A DNA stretch of 63,951 nucleotides, the filler included, from Guillardia theta CCMP2712 (taxonomy: Eukaryota > Protista > Cryptophyta): the NCBI RefSeq assembly GCF_000315625.1. It is 5 parts of 4 records of this genome, joined end to end, with 100 filler letters (N's around TTAATTAATTAA, not from the genome) between each part and the next. Parts side by side here need not be neighbours in the genome. Positions count along the whole stretch, not along the records: positions 24,234 to 38,525 come from NW_005434315.1; positions 38,626 to 57,375 come from NW_005434362.1; 3 more parts are not named here. The stretch is one strand, 5' to 3'. This document shows positions 32,257 to 43,138 of this stretch, piece after piece. Positions within the stretch are counted from its first letter, which is position 1. Each line of letters opens with the position of its first letter. Below the pieces are notes generated by a model. That model had not been told where the DNA came from, made no database searches, and saw nothing but the letters and a program-made list of their open reading frames with translations. A program made the translations under genes and the position numbers.

Positions 32257-34809
32257 ATGAGGTATAAATTAAATCTTGCTAAAGAATTGGTGCTTATGGG
32301 GAAGGGGCAGTGTTTCAAACAGGGACTTGTTGTCTGCACCCTCACTGTTCGAATATTCATTCTTTCAGTGCTTCTTTGTTTCAAAAACGTCAATTGTTCT
32401 GGCATATCGTTCGCTCCTATATGTTCACACATCACATGCCCTGCCAACCAGTACCTTATCAATTGCGGTCCTGATAGCGAAGGACAGTGTATGGACTGCA
32501 CTTCATGCTTGCAGAATGAATATCAAACGAGAGCATGCCAGGAAGGTGATGTCCAGGTTGATAGGCAGTGTGAGGTCTGCACTTCATGCCTGCAGGATGA
32601 ATACCAAACAAGAGCATGCCAGGAAGGTGGTGTACAGTTCAATAGGAAGTGTAGAAGTTTTTTCTCCAACTGCTCCGGTTATTATCTCATTCACCGTGGC
32701 CCTGGGACGCATACAGAGTACAATGTTACTTTTAAGGAGGCGGCTTTGGTAGATGTGCTCATTGTTGCGGGTGGTGGCGGGGGAGGTTCGAGCGGGGCTG
32801 GCGGTGGAGGCGGCGGAGGTGTGATACATGCTCAGAGTGTCCCTGTCCCTGCCGGGACGCACCATGCTTCTACAGGGAACGGGGGGAATGGTGCATGTGC
32901 AAGAAATACTGGACAGTGTGGTCCTGTGTATGGTTCCAATGGACAGCCTTCATCAATATTCGGGGCGACTGCTTATGGAGGAGGTGGGGGTTGTGGACGA
33001 TATAATGGATGCGCAGCTGGTTATTCATGTCCATATTGTTCTCAGGGATTAAACGGTGGATCCGGTGGTGGTATGGGTACAGCTGCATGGATGGTTGATA
33101 CTAATACTTATCCGGGGGGCAGAGCGGATTGGGGGTCGGTTGCAGCGTCTTCAATCGTCTGGAATGGGCAATTGCTCAAGGGATATGCAAACGATGGAGG
33201 ATCTGGTGTGAGTGTAAATTTTTACTATGATAATGACGCCGGTGAACTTGTAAATGACCGTGTTTCCGGGGCCGGGGGGGGGGGTGCGGGGGGTCAAGGC
33301 ATAGATGGCTCTGTGAATCTCTCCAAGGGGATTCCGCATGGGGGCGATGGGATTCAGATTAACATCGACGGGAACAACTACTTCTGGGCTGGTGGTGGTG
33401 GCGGTTCCCAATATATAGCCTATATAGGGGGTAATGGTGGTAAAGGTGGGGGTGGGGGTGGCGCGAGAACAGGTTGTTATTATAGATACTGGGGAGATGT
33501 GGGAGATTATGAATCATTCCATTGTGAGGACAGGGAGTATGGCTGGTCCAGTGGGGGCACTGGTGGCATTTCGAATGGGGAAAGTGGTGAGGGTACAAAT
33601 AGCGTACTGTTGGGCGCTAGAGGTGGGTCAGGAGGGTCATCTACGGGGGGGGGAGGTGGCGGGGGTGCTACTGAAAAAGGCAGTGGGGGCTCCGGCGGCT
33701 CTGGGATGATTGCGATCAGGATCGTCTCTGGAGGCGGCGGTAATTTGGTGCCATTTTCAGGCGACCCTGACGGTTTCTGCTCTCTCTGCGCCCCCGGGGA
33801 AGCTGTGGTTAATTGCATCTGTATGCATAATCACTACAAAGCCACTACAGGTTCTTTGTACATGTGTGAGCCGTGTCCTGCCCATTCATCCGTGCTCAGC
33901 ATATACCCAGCTTTTAAGAGGAGAGACTGCATTTGTGATACAGGGGACTTCTATTACAATGGCACGGATGACGACTTTGAATGTCTGACATGTCCTGTCA
34001 ACTCAAGTATACCGGGTGGGGGTCCAGGGACATCCCGAGCTGACTGTGTCTGTATGAGTAATAACTACAGGGACGGCGGCGTTGATGATTTCGTTTGTAC
34101 CCGCTGTCCTGAGAACTCTTTCTTGTTGACGAGCGACCAAGCGATGTCTCGAAAAGATTGCGTCTGCCAGTCCAATTACTACAAGGATGGTGCGGATGAT
34201 GATTTCGTTTGTACCCGCTGTCCTGAGAACTCTTCCGTGTGGATCAGCGGCCAAGCGATGTCTCGTCTAGATTGCGTCTGCCAGTCCAATTACTACAAGG
34301 ACGGTGCGGATGACAGTTTCATTTGTGCTCCTTGCCCAGTTAATTCCAATGCGTTGTATGGAGGTACATCACGTTTGGATTGCTTGTGCAATTCGGGGTA
34401 CTATCGATCAGGGTCGGATGTGGCCTTTCAATGTCAAGCCTGCACAAACTGCACGGTGGGCCAGTACCAGGTCATAGCGTGTCAAGGTGGCAGCGACACA
34501 ACCCAGAACCGTGTATGCTCCACATGCAGCGGGGGATGCTCCGCGGGGACTCATGAGATACAAGCTTGCGCAGACGGCAACAATGCAGCACAACGCGCCT
34601 GTGAGCCGTGCCCGGCGCAGACGTACTCGTTGACGGACTGGAAGTATTGTTCATCATGTCCGAATAATTCGTTTATTTTAGATGATGCACCTGGCACCTC
34701 TGCATATTCATGCTGGTGTGGGCAAGGTTTCGGCCTGATTGAAGCTGAGAAACTCATGGTAATGATCTTTGTGGAGTTGATGATGTTTGCTTTACTGCTG
34801 TTGACCTGA
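32257..34809 (+). CDS. Surface protein: signal anchor, TNFR-like Cys repeats, glycine-rich domain, GCC2/GCC3-like repeats, hydrophobic C-terminus
   Basis: VDVLIVAGGGGGG...GGGGGGVI, YFWAGGGGG and GGSGGSGMIAIR are typical of the Gly-rich domain of phage/giant-virus fibre proteins and ALK/LTK. 38-aa Cys repeats with a 114-bp period at 34084/34198. Confidence 0.8.
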   Translation: MRYKLNLAKELVLMGKGQCFKQGLVVCTLTVRIFILSVLLCFKNVNCSGISFAPICSHITCPANQYLINCGPDSEGQCMDCTSCLQNEYQTRACQEGDVQVDRQCEVCTSCLQDEYQTRACQEGGVQFNRKCRSFFSNCSGYYLIHRGPGTHTEYNVTFKEAALVDVLIVAGGGGGGSSGAGGGGGGGVIHAQSVPVPAGTHHASTGNGGNGACARNTGQCGPVYGSNGQPSSIFGATAYGGGGGCGRYNGCAAGYSCPYCSQGLNGGSGGGMGTAAWMVDTNTYPGGRADWGSVAASSIVWNGQLLKGYANDGGSGVSVNFYYDNDAGELVNDRVSGAGGGGAGGQGIDGSVNLSKGIPHGGDGIQINIDGNNYFWAGGGGGSQYIAYIGGNGGKGGGGGGARTGCYYRYWGDVGDYESFHCEDREYGWSSGGTGGISNGESGEGTNSVLLGARGGSGGSSTGGGGGGGATEKGSGGSGGSGMIAIRIVSGGGGNLVPFSGDPDGFCSLCAPGEAVVNCICMHNHYKATTGSLYMCEPCPAHSSVLSIYPAFKRRDCICDTGDFYYNGTDDDFECLTCPVNSSIPGGGPGTSRADCVCMSNNYRDGGVDDFVCTRCPENSFLLTSDQAMSRKDCVCQSNYYKDGADDDFVCTRCPENSSVWISGQAMSRLDCVCQSNYYKDGADDSFICAPCPVNSNALYGGTSRLDCLCNSGYYRSGSDVAFQCQACTNCTVGQYQVIACQGGSDTTQNRVCSTCSGGCSAGTHEIQACADGNNAAQRACEPCPAQTYSLTDWKYCSSCPNNSFILDDAPGTSAYSCWCGQGFGLIEAEKLMVMIFVELMMFALLLLT

Positions 34810-35120
34810 CCTTTTTTTTGATTTGATAAAAAAGACTAACGACTGGGGATTTTGTTTTGTCCCTGATCTTTTTGGTCTCTTCCTCGTGGTGTTGCACTGT
34901 GTGACAAACCGAGCAACGAATTGAAATCATCACATGCGAAAGGTCGTCATCATATGCGAAAGGTCCGAAACAGTGACAAAGACATGTGTTTGTGGGCATC
35001 AAAAGAATATTTTTGGCATCGAAAGAATATTTTTATCATCGAAAGAATATATTATTCTATATATCGCATTTATCAATAATACAAATTCTTGCCTCGATCC
35101 GAACAAAAACCTTGCAAGAA

Positions 35121-36095
35121 ATGGGGCTTATCGGGAAGGGCCAGCGCTTGAGACTGGGACTTGTTGTCTGCACCCTCACTGTTCTCGCTATTCTGCTTAT
35201 GCTAAACCTGTTTGGTGAGAGCCACGTACTAATGTCCGCAGCGCAAGTCGTGCTTGCCGTGCACGAGCCCCCGCGTACGGTGGTGAGCATCACTACCTTT
35301 AGCGAGCGGATATTCCACATGGCCCCGTGCCTCGACAGCGTCTTCTCTCAGTCACAACAGCCAGACCGGATTATCATCTCCATCCCAAAGACATACAGGA
35401 AGCAAGAAAAAACTCTGTGCACCATCTCAGACTGTGTTTCAAACACTATGGACTATGATGAAAGCCCGGAAAACGTTTTGAAGTGGTTCAAAACGTACTT
35501 CGCTGCGAGCTTCAACGAGACCAAACACGACGTGTTCGAGTTTCCCAAGATCACGGTTCAGTTCCTTGAGAAGGACTGGGGTCCTGCGACGAAAGTCCTG
35601 GGGGCTTTGCTGCTGGAGCACGACCCCGACACCGTCATTATAACGCTCGACGACGACGTATATTACAATAGTGATACAGTCAAGTGGCTCTCTACTCACA
35701 TCGATCGCCAGGGCATGGCACTCTCGTTTGGTTGCGAGATGTGGAACAGCCAGCACCGCAACTTCGTAGCGTTCACGACGTATTCCATCTCCAACATGTT
35801 CGCAAGCACCCCGCGCGTGTGCAAGGGCTGGCTAGTCGGCTGGACGGCTGTGGCGCATCGTGTCAGCAACTTCGGGGAGGACGTCTGGACGTACCTGAAC
35901 AGACTCCCTCGGGGATGTTTCTACAACGACGATATTTGGATATCCGGCTACATCGCCAGACGGGGGGTGCTCAAGGTGTATGCGCCCTGGGTGCTTTATC
36001 ACGCGTATCATCAGCGCGACAAAGAGCTCAGCCTGAGCACCATCGAGGGCACGCGAGAGCGGTACGCTTTGCCCTGCGCAAGGGAATTGTTTTAG
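35121..36095 (+). CDS. GT-A fold glycosyltransferase (GT2-like), type II membrane
   Basis: VVSITTFSERI, LDSVFSQSQQPDRIIISIP, DWGPATKV, IITLDDDVYY (DxD) and NDDIWISGY, with an N-terminal TM helix. Confidence 0.8.
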   Translation: MGLIGKGQRLRLGLVVCTLTVLAILLMLNLFGESHVLMSAAQVVLAVHEPPRTVVSITTFSERIFHMAPCLDSVFSQSQQPDRIIISIPKTYRKQEKTLCTISDCVSNTMDYDESPENVLKWFKTYFAASFNETKHDVFEFPKITVQFLEKDWGPATKVLGALLLEHDPDTVIITLDDDVYYNSDTVKWLSTHIDRQGMALSFGCEMWNSQHRNFVAFTTYSISNMFASTPRVCKGWLVGWTAVAHRVSNFGEDVWTYLNRLPRGCFYNDDIWISGYIARRGVLKVYAPWVLYHAYHQRDKELSLSTIEGTRERYALPCARELF

Positions 36096-36136
36096 AGGTT
36101 TCTTTTAATTTTGAGATTTTTTTTAATTTTCGAACT

Positions 36137-36810
36137 TTATGTCACTTCTTTCAATGCATCCTCCAACTCCAATATCTGAATGATTTTGATGATTTTTACG
36201 ATGATTTCCACCGTTCCGCAACCATGAAACTCGAACAAAACCGACTCACCAATCCCGAGGTCGTTCACAGCGTGATAATAGCTGAACTTCCGTGTATCAT
36301 ACTCTTTTTTGGTCATCACGTGGCAATACACCCCCCCTTCGTGCGAGCAGAGAACGGCGTCGTAGTTCTTGAACGCAGGCCTGAACAAACCCAAGATGTG
36401 TGAGTTGTTGTACTCTGCTTCGGAGTTGATCTCGGCATTGAAATTCAGCCGCAAATGATCCCTCTGGTCGTGTTCGCCGTCGTCTTCAATTGACACCGAA
36501 AACAGCCCAAGCTTTTTCCTCACTAGATACTCCAGTTGTGTTTCATATTTCGATGACAAATTCTCGATGCATCTCTTTCGCTCTGCGTCCAATACAGGCT
36601 GCATGCTTTGGCTTTCTGGGGGTGGCGCGTGGTGTACATTCATGTACTTTCGTTTTTTTTCTTTACGGAAGAACTCGAAGCAGACGCCTGGGTTGAGGTG
36701 AATGAGGCAGATGGAGAGGACGACTTTGACGTTCCAGGGCTGGTCTTGTTTTTGCTGGTGCTGCTGGTGCTGCTGCTGTTGTTGTTGTTGCTGCTGTTGT
36801 TGCTGCTGCT

Positions 36811-36844
<34 letters not shown>

Positions 36845-37507
36845 CTGTTGTTGCTGCTGCTGTTGTTGTTGTTGCTGCTGCTGCTGCTGCTTCTGCTGTT
36901 TCAGGAGCCGCCTCTGCTGTTTTTTGGTTTTGTGCTTGTGTTCGTGCTTTGGTTGCTGCTTTGGTTCCTGCTTTGGTTGCTGCTTTGGTTCGTGCTTTGG
37001 TTCGTGCTTTGGTTCGTGCTTTGGTTCCTGGTTTGGGGTTGGGAGCTGCTGCTGCGTGGGGGCTTGAGTCTTGGAGCGCTTTGTTTGCCTGGGAGGGTAG
37101 TGGGAGTCGCAGTTGATCTCAGCGGCCTTGATGACGTAGCGGAGCATGACGAAGAACTTCTTTGAGCAGTCCAAGAGGGGCTTCTGGTAGATTTTTGTGA
37201 GGGCCTGGTCTTCGGAGAGGGCAGAGAATTCGTGGTCCATGATTCCGAAGGCCTTGAACTTTCGGGAGTTTGCGATGAGGCCCTTGTCTGTGGATTTGAA
37301 TTGTTTTGGGGTGAGAATTGTTTTTGGGAGATGGAAGAGGGGTTGACCTTGGACGACGACGCGGAAGAATCGCTTGAGGATCCTGGAGGCGGCGGCGGGG
37401 AGGAGGAGTGAGGGTTTGGGGGGGAGGGTGCACCTGGACCTGCGAGGGGTGAGAGGGGATTTTGGGGACTTTATGGTGTGGGGCACCTGTGGAGGCTGTA
37501 GCAGCAT
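36137..37507 (-). CDS. Hypothetical protein with poly-Q tract and EPKH repeats
   Basis: 456-aa ORF with a mixed CAG/CAA poly-Q. Its start overlaps the end of the lipase-like gene. Confidence 0.6.
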
Positions 37508-38312
37508 CGCCTGTAGTAGTTCCTGTCGTGGAGGGAGAGGTCATCGTGCGGGGGGGAGGGGGTGTCTTCTGCGTTATCGAGGAAGATGGGGGGCTTATCT
37601 TCCCAGAGGGAGTCAGGGTTGGACCTTGGGGTGATATTTCTGCAGTATGGACCGAGCATGTCGCCCTTGGCGTGGAAGGAGAACTGGAAGGGGAGGATGT
37701 TGTTGTACCACTGAGCGAACATCTTGTTTCCTGGGGGCATTTTTCCGAAGGAGATGAGGTTGAAGCCAGGGTTCCTGAGGGGGAGAGTGAGTTTTTGTGT
37801 TTGGGGCAAGGAGAGGGGTGTGACCTGGGGATGAAGAGGGCGAGGAGCTGTGCGAGCACGGCGGCGAACTCCCAACCGGTGAGGGTGAGAGATTGATCGG
37901 GGGGGAGGGAGTGTATGTAGCGGAGGAGGTCCTGGAAAGCGGGGGTGGGGAGGATTGCGTGGAGCTCGCGGAGGGAGTTAGCGATTGCCTTTGCGCCTTG
38001 GGGGGGCTTGGGGAGGCTGGGGAGGAGGTCCTGTGGGAGGAATGGGTGAGTGAGTTTGGCTTGGGGGTTTTGGGAGGGGTTTGGGGAGGAGGTGGAGACC
38101 TGATTGACGGGGGCGAGGGAGAAATCCCAGGGCGAGGGGTTGAACTCGAGTGCGATGACGGAGGATCCGGAGGGCAAGCGATAGGCGCGAGCAGTTGAGT
38201 TTGGGAAGGTCCACAGAGTGGAGGGGATGGCAGTGAGTACGGGGGAGGGTGGGGAGCCGTGCTGTTCGAGCGCGGCGAGTCCTGCGATTCCGATCAAGCT
38301 CTTGGAGAGCAT
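37471..38312 (-). CDS. Class-3 lipase-like protein, predicted inactive; two exons (38312-37825, 37774-37471), 263 aa
   Basis: SLTLTGWEFAAVLAQL aligns to (V)TGHSLGGALA with the catalytic Ser lost. Removing a 50-nt GT...ACTCAC...CAG intron joins in frame to LISFGKMPPGNKMFAQWYN (TFGxPxxGN motif) and FHAKGDML. Confidence 0.65.
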
Positions 38313-38679
38313 GGCGGGGAGGGAGTGTTGGGGTGAAGAATTTCTGGTTACTGGATTATATTTTTAAAAAGGAGGGGGGAGGAGTGTATTTTTATTTTAG
38401 AGGGGAGGGTGGGTATTTTTGGGACAAGGGGGTGGATTTTTAGGGGGTGGTGACTATATTTTTATTTTGTTGTGTGGAGGGGTGGGTATTTTTTATTTTG
38501 TTATGGGGAGGGTGGGTATTTTTTANNNNNNNNNNNNNNNNNNNNNNNNNNNNNNNNNNNNNNNNNNNNTTAATTAATTAANNNNNNNNNNNNNNNNNNN
38601 NNNNNNNNNNNNNNNNNNNNNNNNNGAGAGAGAGAGGAGAGGAGGAGGAGGAGGAGGGAGGGAGGGAGGGAGGGAAATA

Positions 38680-40149
38680 CCTTCACAATCCCCATCGTTC
38701 CATCCTCAGCAGAGTGACTGAAGAGCATCATCGTGCCCAACAGCAGGTCCATCAGCCAGCCGCCCTCCTTGGCTGTCGTCACCTGCCCCGTTGACCTTCA
38801 GCCCTCCTCTCCTTCCTTACCCTTCTCCTGCCCCTGCTCTTTTTGTTCCTGCCCCTTCTCCAGCTCAAGCTCAAGCTCCAGCTCCTGCTCCAGCTCCCTT
38901 TACCCTGCCCCTGCCTCTTCCCGTCTCCCTCGCTCACATCCTCGTCCTCGTCCTCCCTCCCCCGCCTCCTCCTCGTCCATAAGTCAAGCTCGCCTGCAGG
39001 TTGGTGGCAGACAAGCCTGGGTGAGCAACTAGCACCTTCACCTGCGACAGCAAGTCACGATGCTGCTGCTGCTGCTGCTGCACCCCCGGGACTCACTTTG
39101 CTGTTCTTCGCCTGAAGCTTGTCGTGCAAGGCAAAGGTGAAGACGCAGTTGGAAAGTTTTGTCTGCAACCACACCATCACATCCTCCCCTCCACGCCAGC
39201 AGTTTTTCCCTCCTTCACCTGCTGGTACCGCGTAATGCGGGAGTTCAAGTCGTTTCCACCCAAGTCCGTAGTCTTCTTGCTCAGGTACTGTTGTCGAGGG
39301 CAGCGAACTTCATGAGAGGACGAGCTTGAGGTCCATCTTTCCTACCTCGGGATCCAGCTTCTTTTCAGGCCTCTTCCTTGCTCCGCTGGAATGATTCACG
39401 ATCCTTGCATCTCCTGCGACGTCCTCTCACGCTCCCCTCCCCAACTCACTTCACCTCACCCGTCGACTCTGCTTTCTTCGACAGCAGCGGGAAGAGCTCT
39501 TTCGTCAGCAAGAAGTGTGACAGGTGGTTTACAGTCATCTGCCACCCACGCGTCAGCCTCTTTCCCCCCAACCCAACTCTTTCCTCTCTTCATCAATGGC
39601 TGGCTGCCTCCCTCCCCTCCCTCCCTCCCTCCCCTCCCTCCCTCCCTCCCTCCCATCCCTCTCTCCCTCCTCTCGTTTCCTCTCTCCTCGATTCCTTGCT
39701 TCCCTCCCCTCCCTTCCTCCTCCCTTCCCTCGCTTCCTCCCTGCACTTTCCTCCAGATCGTAGCCGTCCTCTCCAGTCTGGCTGTCCATCATCATCATCC
39801 CCGCATTGTTGCACAAGACGTCGATCCCTCCCGAATACTTCTTCTTGATCTCTGCCGCTGCTGCTCGCACGCTCTTGAAGGACTGCAAGTCACACTCTAC
39901 CCACACGACCTCCGACTCCGGGAACTCCTCCTTGATCTTCTTCAGCGCCTCCTCCGACCTCTCGCTCTTCCTGTTGAGCATCAGGACAGTAGCTCCCTTC
40001 TTCGCGCACGTCCTCGCTGCCACAAACCCCGTCCCTGTGGTGCAACCCGTGATGGCAATAACCTTGCCGGAGAGCGAAGGGATCGTCTCCTCGAAGTCAT
40101 TGTACCACTTCACCTCCTTCTTCGCTGGTGCTGAGTAGAACTGACCCAT
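38680..40149 (-). CDS. Short-chain dehydrogenase/reductase (retinol dehydrogenase/WWOX-like), multi-exon, 3' end in gap
   Basis: GKVIAITGCTTGTG, CDLQSFKSVRAAA, IDVLCNNAG, VNHLSHFLLT, RYQQ-TKLSN (YxxxK) and VAHPGLSATNL. Confidence 0.9.
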
Positions 40150-40468
40150 CTGCTCGCAGTGTGAGGTGTTGGAGGCGCCTCGTGTCTGAACGAGCAATGC
40201 TAGCCTGACATGTCAAACGAATATATCCCTTGCATCTGCATGTATCCGATTCTCTTCCTCACTGCTCAAATCCCATGCACTATCTAATCCTATTCTCTAA
40301 CTCCATTGTCGACCCTCTTTCTCCCGTCTAGTTCTTTCGACTTGGTTTTATTTGTCTCTTCGTTTCTGTCTCGTTGTCTTGTACCCGCCTCACCTCCCTT
40401 GACACTGCCCTATCTTCCTTCCACCTCCTTCGCACTTCCCTTCTCCAGTCAACTTGGCTCCTCCTGCT

Positions 40469-40499
<31 letters not shown>

Positions 40500-40879
40500 A
40501 TCCTGCTCCTGCTTCTCTTCCCGCTCCTGATCCTGCCTCTGCTCCTTCGTGTCCTCCTCCTCCTCCTCCTCTTCCCTCACTCTTGTCCTCTGCAACCAAT
40601 GCAGCAGCGTTCGTACGCCGCTTTGACTGGGCACGCCTCAGAAACGTACATATGATTCCAGTAATGTGACTCTGAAATGCAACGCTTCGAAGCTCTACAT
40701 GTCAGCATCCGCGAGGTGACGTGACCTTCACCCCACCCTCTAAAACCACCCCTCATTCTACTGTGCTAACAACCGGTGAATTTTAATGTGAGCCATAAAA
40801 GTCCCTTTTATTCCCCCCCTTTCCCGCGCACCCTTGCTAGGCTCTCGTCCATCGACCCGCGTCTCGGCACCACAGGAGG

Positions 40880-41563
40880 ATGAACATGGACATGCAGGAG
40901 ATCCCTTTCATGCTCAAGACAACTGAAATCGAACTTCTGCTTACCCTCCTCACCCCCTCCCTTCATCTCGATTGCTTCGACCCCTTGCCCTACCGCGACT
41001 TCTCCTACAAGTGCTCTTGCTCCCTCTGCCAGCAGCCCCACCAGCCCCCGCATCGCAGCGAGGAGGCGGCAGTGACGTGCGACGAGCTGAGGTACCTCCC
41101 GCTGGGGCCGACGGGGAGGTGGCAAAGCTCGCTCGGGGCCGAGGCCATGCGGCGGGCCGAGGCCGCGCTGGCGGAGCAAGCGAGGGAGGACGGGGCGTGG
41201 GAGGGGTCGAGGAGCAGCAGCCCGAGCGAGAGCCCGAGCGAGAAGGAGGGGGCGGAGGCTACGGCGACGGCGGGACGGGGGAAGCGGGGGAGGTCGTGGT
41301 CGGAGGAGGAGAGGGAGCGGCACAAGAAGGCGTGCCGGGGGAAGGGGAGGCTGTCGGCGGGGGAGAGGCAGGAGATCGTGAGGCTGCATCACTCCAAGGA
41401 CCCGCAGGTACACAAGAGCAAGGCGGAGCTTGCGGCGATGTTTGGGAAGAGCCTGTCAGCGATCTCGAAGGCGCTGAAGCCGGAGAATGTGAGGAAGTGG
41501 GCGAGGGGGGGGGAAGGAGATCGGGGCAAGGGAGAGACAAATTTTGAGATGAGATCTGCCTAG
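40880..41563 (+). CDS. psq/CENP-B-type HTH DNA-binding protein, copy 1
   Basis: RLSAGERQEIVRLHHSKDPQVHKSKAELAAMFGKSLSAISKALK resembles the N-terminal HTH of pogo/Tigger transposases and CENP-B. No DDE domain. Confidence 0.7.
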   Translation: MNMDMQEIPFMLKTTEIELLLTLLTPSLHLDCFDPLPYRDFSYKCSCSLCQQPHQPPHRSEEAAVTCDELRYLPLGPTGRWQSSLGAEAMRRAEAALAEQAREDGAWEGSRSSSPSESPSEKEGAEATATAGRGKRGRSWSEEERERHKKACRGKGRLSAGERQEIVRLHHSKDPQVHKSKAELAAMFGKSLSAISKALKPENVRKWARGGEGDRGKGETNFEMRSA

Positions 41564-42412
41564 GCAAGACATGTTTGTTATCATCAGGCTTTCTTTTTGT
41601 AGCTATATACGGGGTCTACATTATGAAACGATCCCATCGGACTTGAAGTCTCGTAATGTGTTACTTTCAAGATTCTGTCAATCATCCCTTCTTGGCCAGT
41701 GAAGATTTACTTGTTAAGACGCTTACCTAACCTCTGCAGCCTACAAGCTCGCCGAGTGGCTTGATTGGAACTGAGTCAGCGAGGGGAGCTCAGAGACTGT
41801 CAGTGTAAATTGTCTGAGAGTAGATTACAAAACTGTCTCAACGAGAAGTTGATTACTCGAAGAGTGCTGGATGAGAGAAGTTGTTCATCATGACTGCACT
41901 ACTGCCAGTTCACAAACGAGCTCGAAGAGAATGATTCAGTCAATTCAGCGTATGTGCAAGCCGTCATCTACTCAACTGAACGCAAGCAATCAAACTTCCC
42001 TGTGTCTGCAAGTCGCAGGTCGCACACGTGAGTCTGGCATAGTCGTCTCTTCCAAAAGGATTTCGTCCATCGACAGCTATTGTTTCCTGTTTCGGAGGTA
42101 GCTGCTGCTCTGCTTGATCAGCCCCTGGAGTCAAGTTGAGCATCCCTCGCGGGTTTACTCGTCATCGCTGAAGCAAGGAGAAGGGAGCGCCCTAGTCAAG
42201 ACTGATGAAGACAGATTTTTACACTCACAAACTCTGCTGCTTGTCCCGATGCATCAGAAGGCACATCACTCCATGCATCAAGCCATCTCCAGACAATCAT
42301 TGCAAGAAAAATGCCGTAATCGTTTCTTTATTTCTACAAAAGTGGGGAGGAGCAAAACAAAAATGAAAATAAACAAAACTCCAAAAAAACACTATCTCAA
42401 AACTCTTCGGCA

Positions 42413-43138
42413 TTAACAGGCAACTTCGCCAAGAATCATATCTCCCTCCTCCCCCACGCTCTCTCTCCTCGCCCCATCTCCTTCCCCCCCCCTCGCCCAC
42501 TTCCTCACATTCTCCGGCTTCAGCGCCTTCGAGATCGCTGACAGGCTCTTCCCAAACATCGCCGCAAGCTCCGCCTTGCTCTTGTGTACCTGCGGGTCCT
42601 TGGAGTGATGCAGCCTCACGATCTCCTGCCTCTCCCTCGCCGACAGCCTCCCCTTCCCCCGGCACGCCTTCTTGTGCCGCTCCCTCTCCTCCTCCGACCA
42701 CGACCTCCCCCGCTTCCCCCGTCCCGCCGTCGCCGTAGCCTCCGCCCCCTCCTTCTCGCTCGGGCTCTCGCTCGGGCTGCTGCTCCTCGACCCCTCCCAC
42801 GCCCCGTCCTCCCTCGCTTGCTCCGCCAGCGCGGCCTCGGCCCGCCGCATGGCCTCGGCCCCGAGCGAGCTTTGCCACCTCCCCGTCGGCCCCAGCGGGA
42901 GGTACCTCAGCTCGTCGCACGTCACTGCCGCCTCCTCGCTGCGATGCGGCAGCTGGTGGGGCTGCTGGCAGAGGGAGCAAGAGCACTGGTAGGAGAAGTC
43001 GCGGTAGGGCAAGGGGTCGAAGCAATCGAGATGAAGGGAGGGAGCGGGGAAGGAGGAGGGGGAGGCTGTGGTGCAGCAAGCATGGGGAGGAGGGAAGGAG
43101 AGCATCTGGGTGGCTTGAGGGTAGGAGATTTCAGGCAT
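42413..43138 (-). CDS. psq/CENP-B-type HTH protein, copy 2 (different N-terminus)
   Basis: Near-identical core to copies 1 and 3 from PSLHLDCFDPLPY onward. Confidence 0.7.
   Translation of the reverse strand: MPEISYPQATQMLSFPPPHACCTTASPSSFPAPSLHLDCFDPLPYRDFSYQCSCSLCQQPHQLPHRSEEAAVTCDELRYLPLGPTGRWQSSLGAEAMRRAEAALAEQAREDGAWEGSRSSSPSESPSEKEGAEATATAGRGKRGRSWSEEERERHKKACRGKGRLSARERQEIVRLHHSKDPQVHKSKAELAAMFGKSLSAISKALKPENVRKWARGGEGDGARRESVGEEGDMILGEVAC

Larger units (their letters stand above)
24234..38525. mobile_element. Putative endogenous large-DNA-virus or large mobile-element island
   Basis: Gap-bounded contig with dense, mostly intronless ORFs and AT-rich spacers, lacking host-type microsatellite introns and GC islands. 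Gene set is typical of algal giant viruses/PLVs, but no capsid, polymerase or packaging ATPase is seen. Confidence 0.6.

Noticed and set aside
34754-35002. Small minus-strand ORF with Cys pairs as a second TnpB/Fanzor fragment
   Set aside because: Lacks the RuvC motifs; the Cys spacing alone is insufficient.
36640-37380. Possible T-complex 11-like similarity (NVKVVLSICLI) in the poly-Q ORF
   Set aside because: Too weak to support without a profile search.
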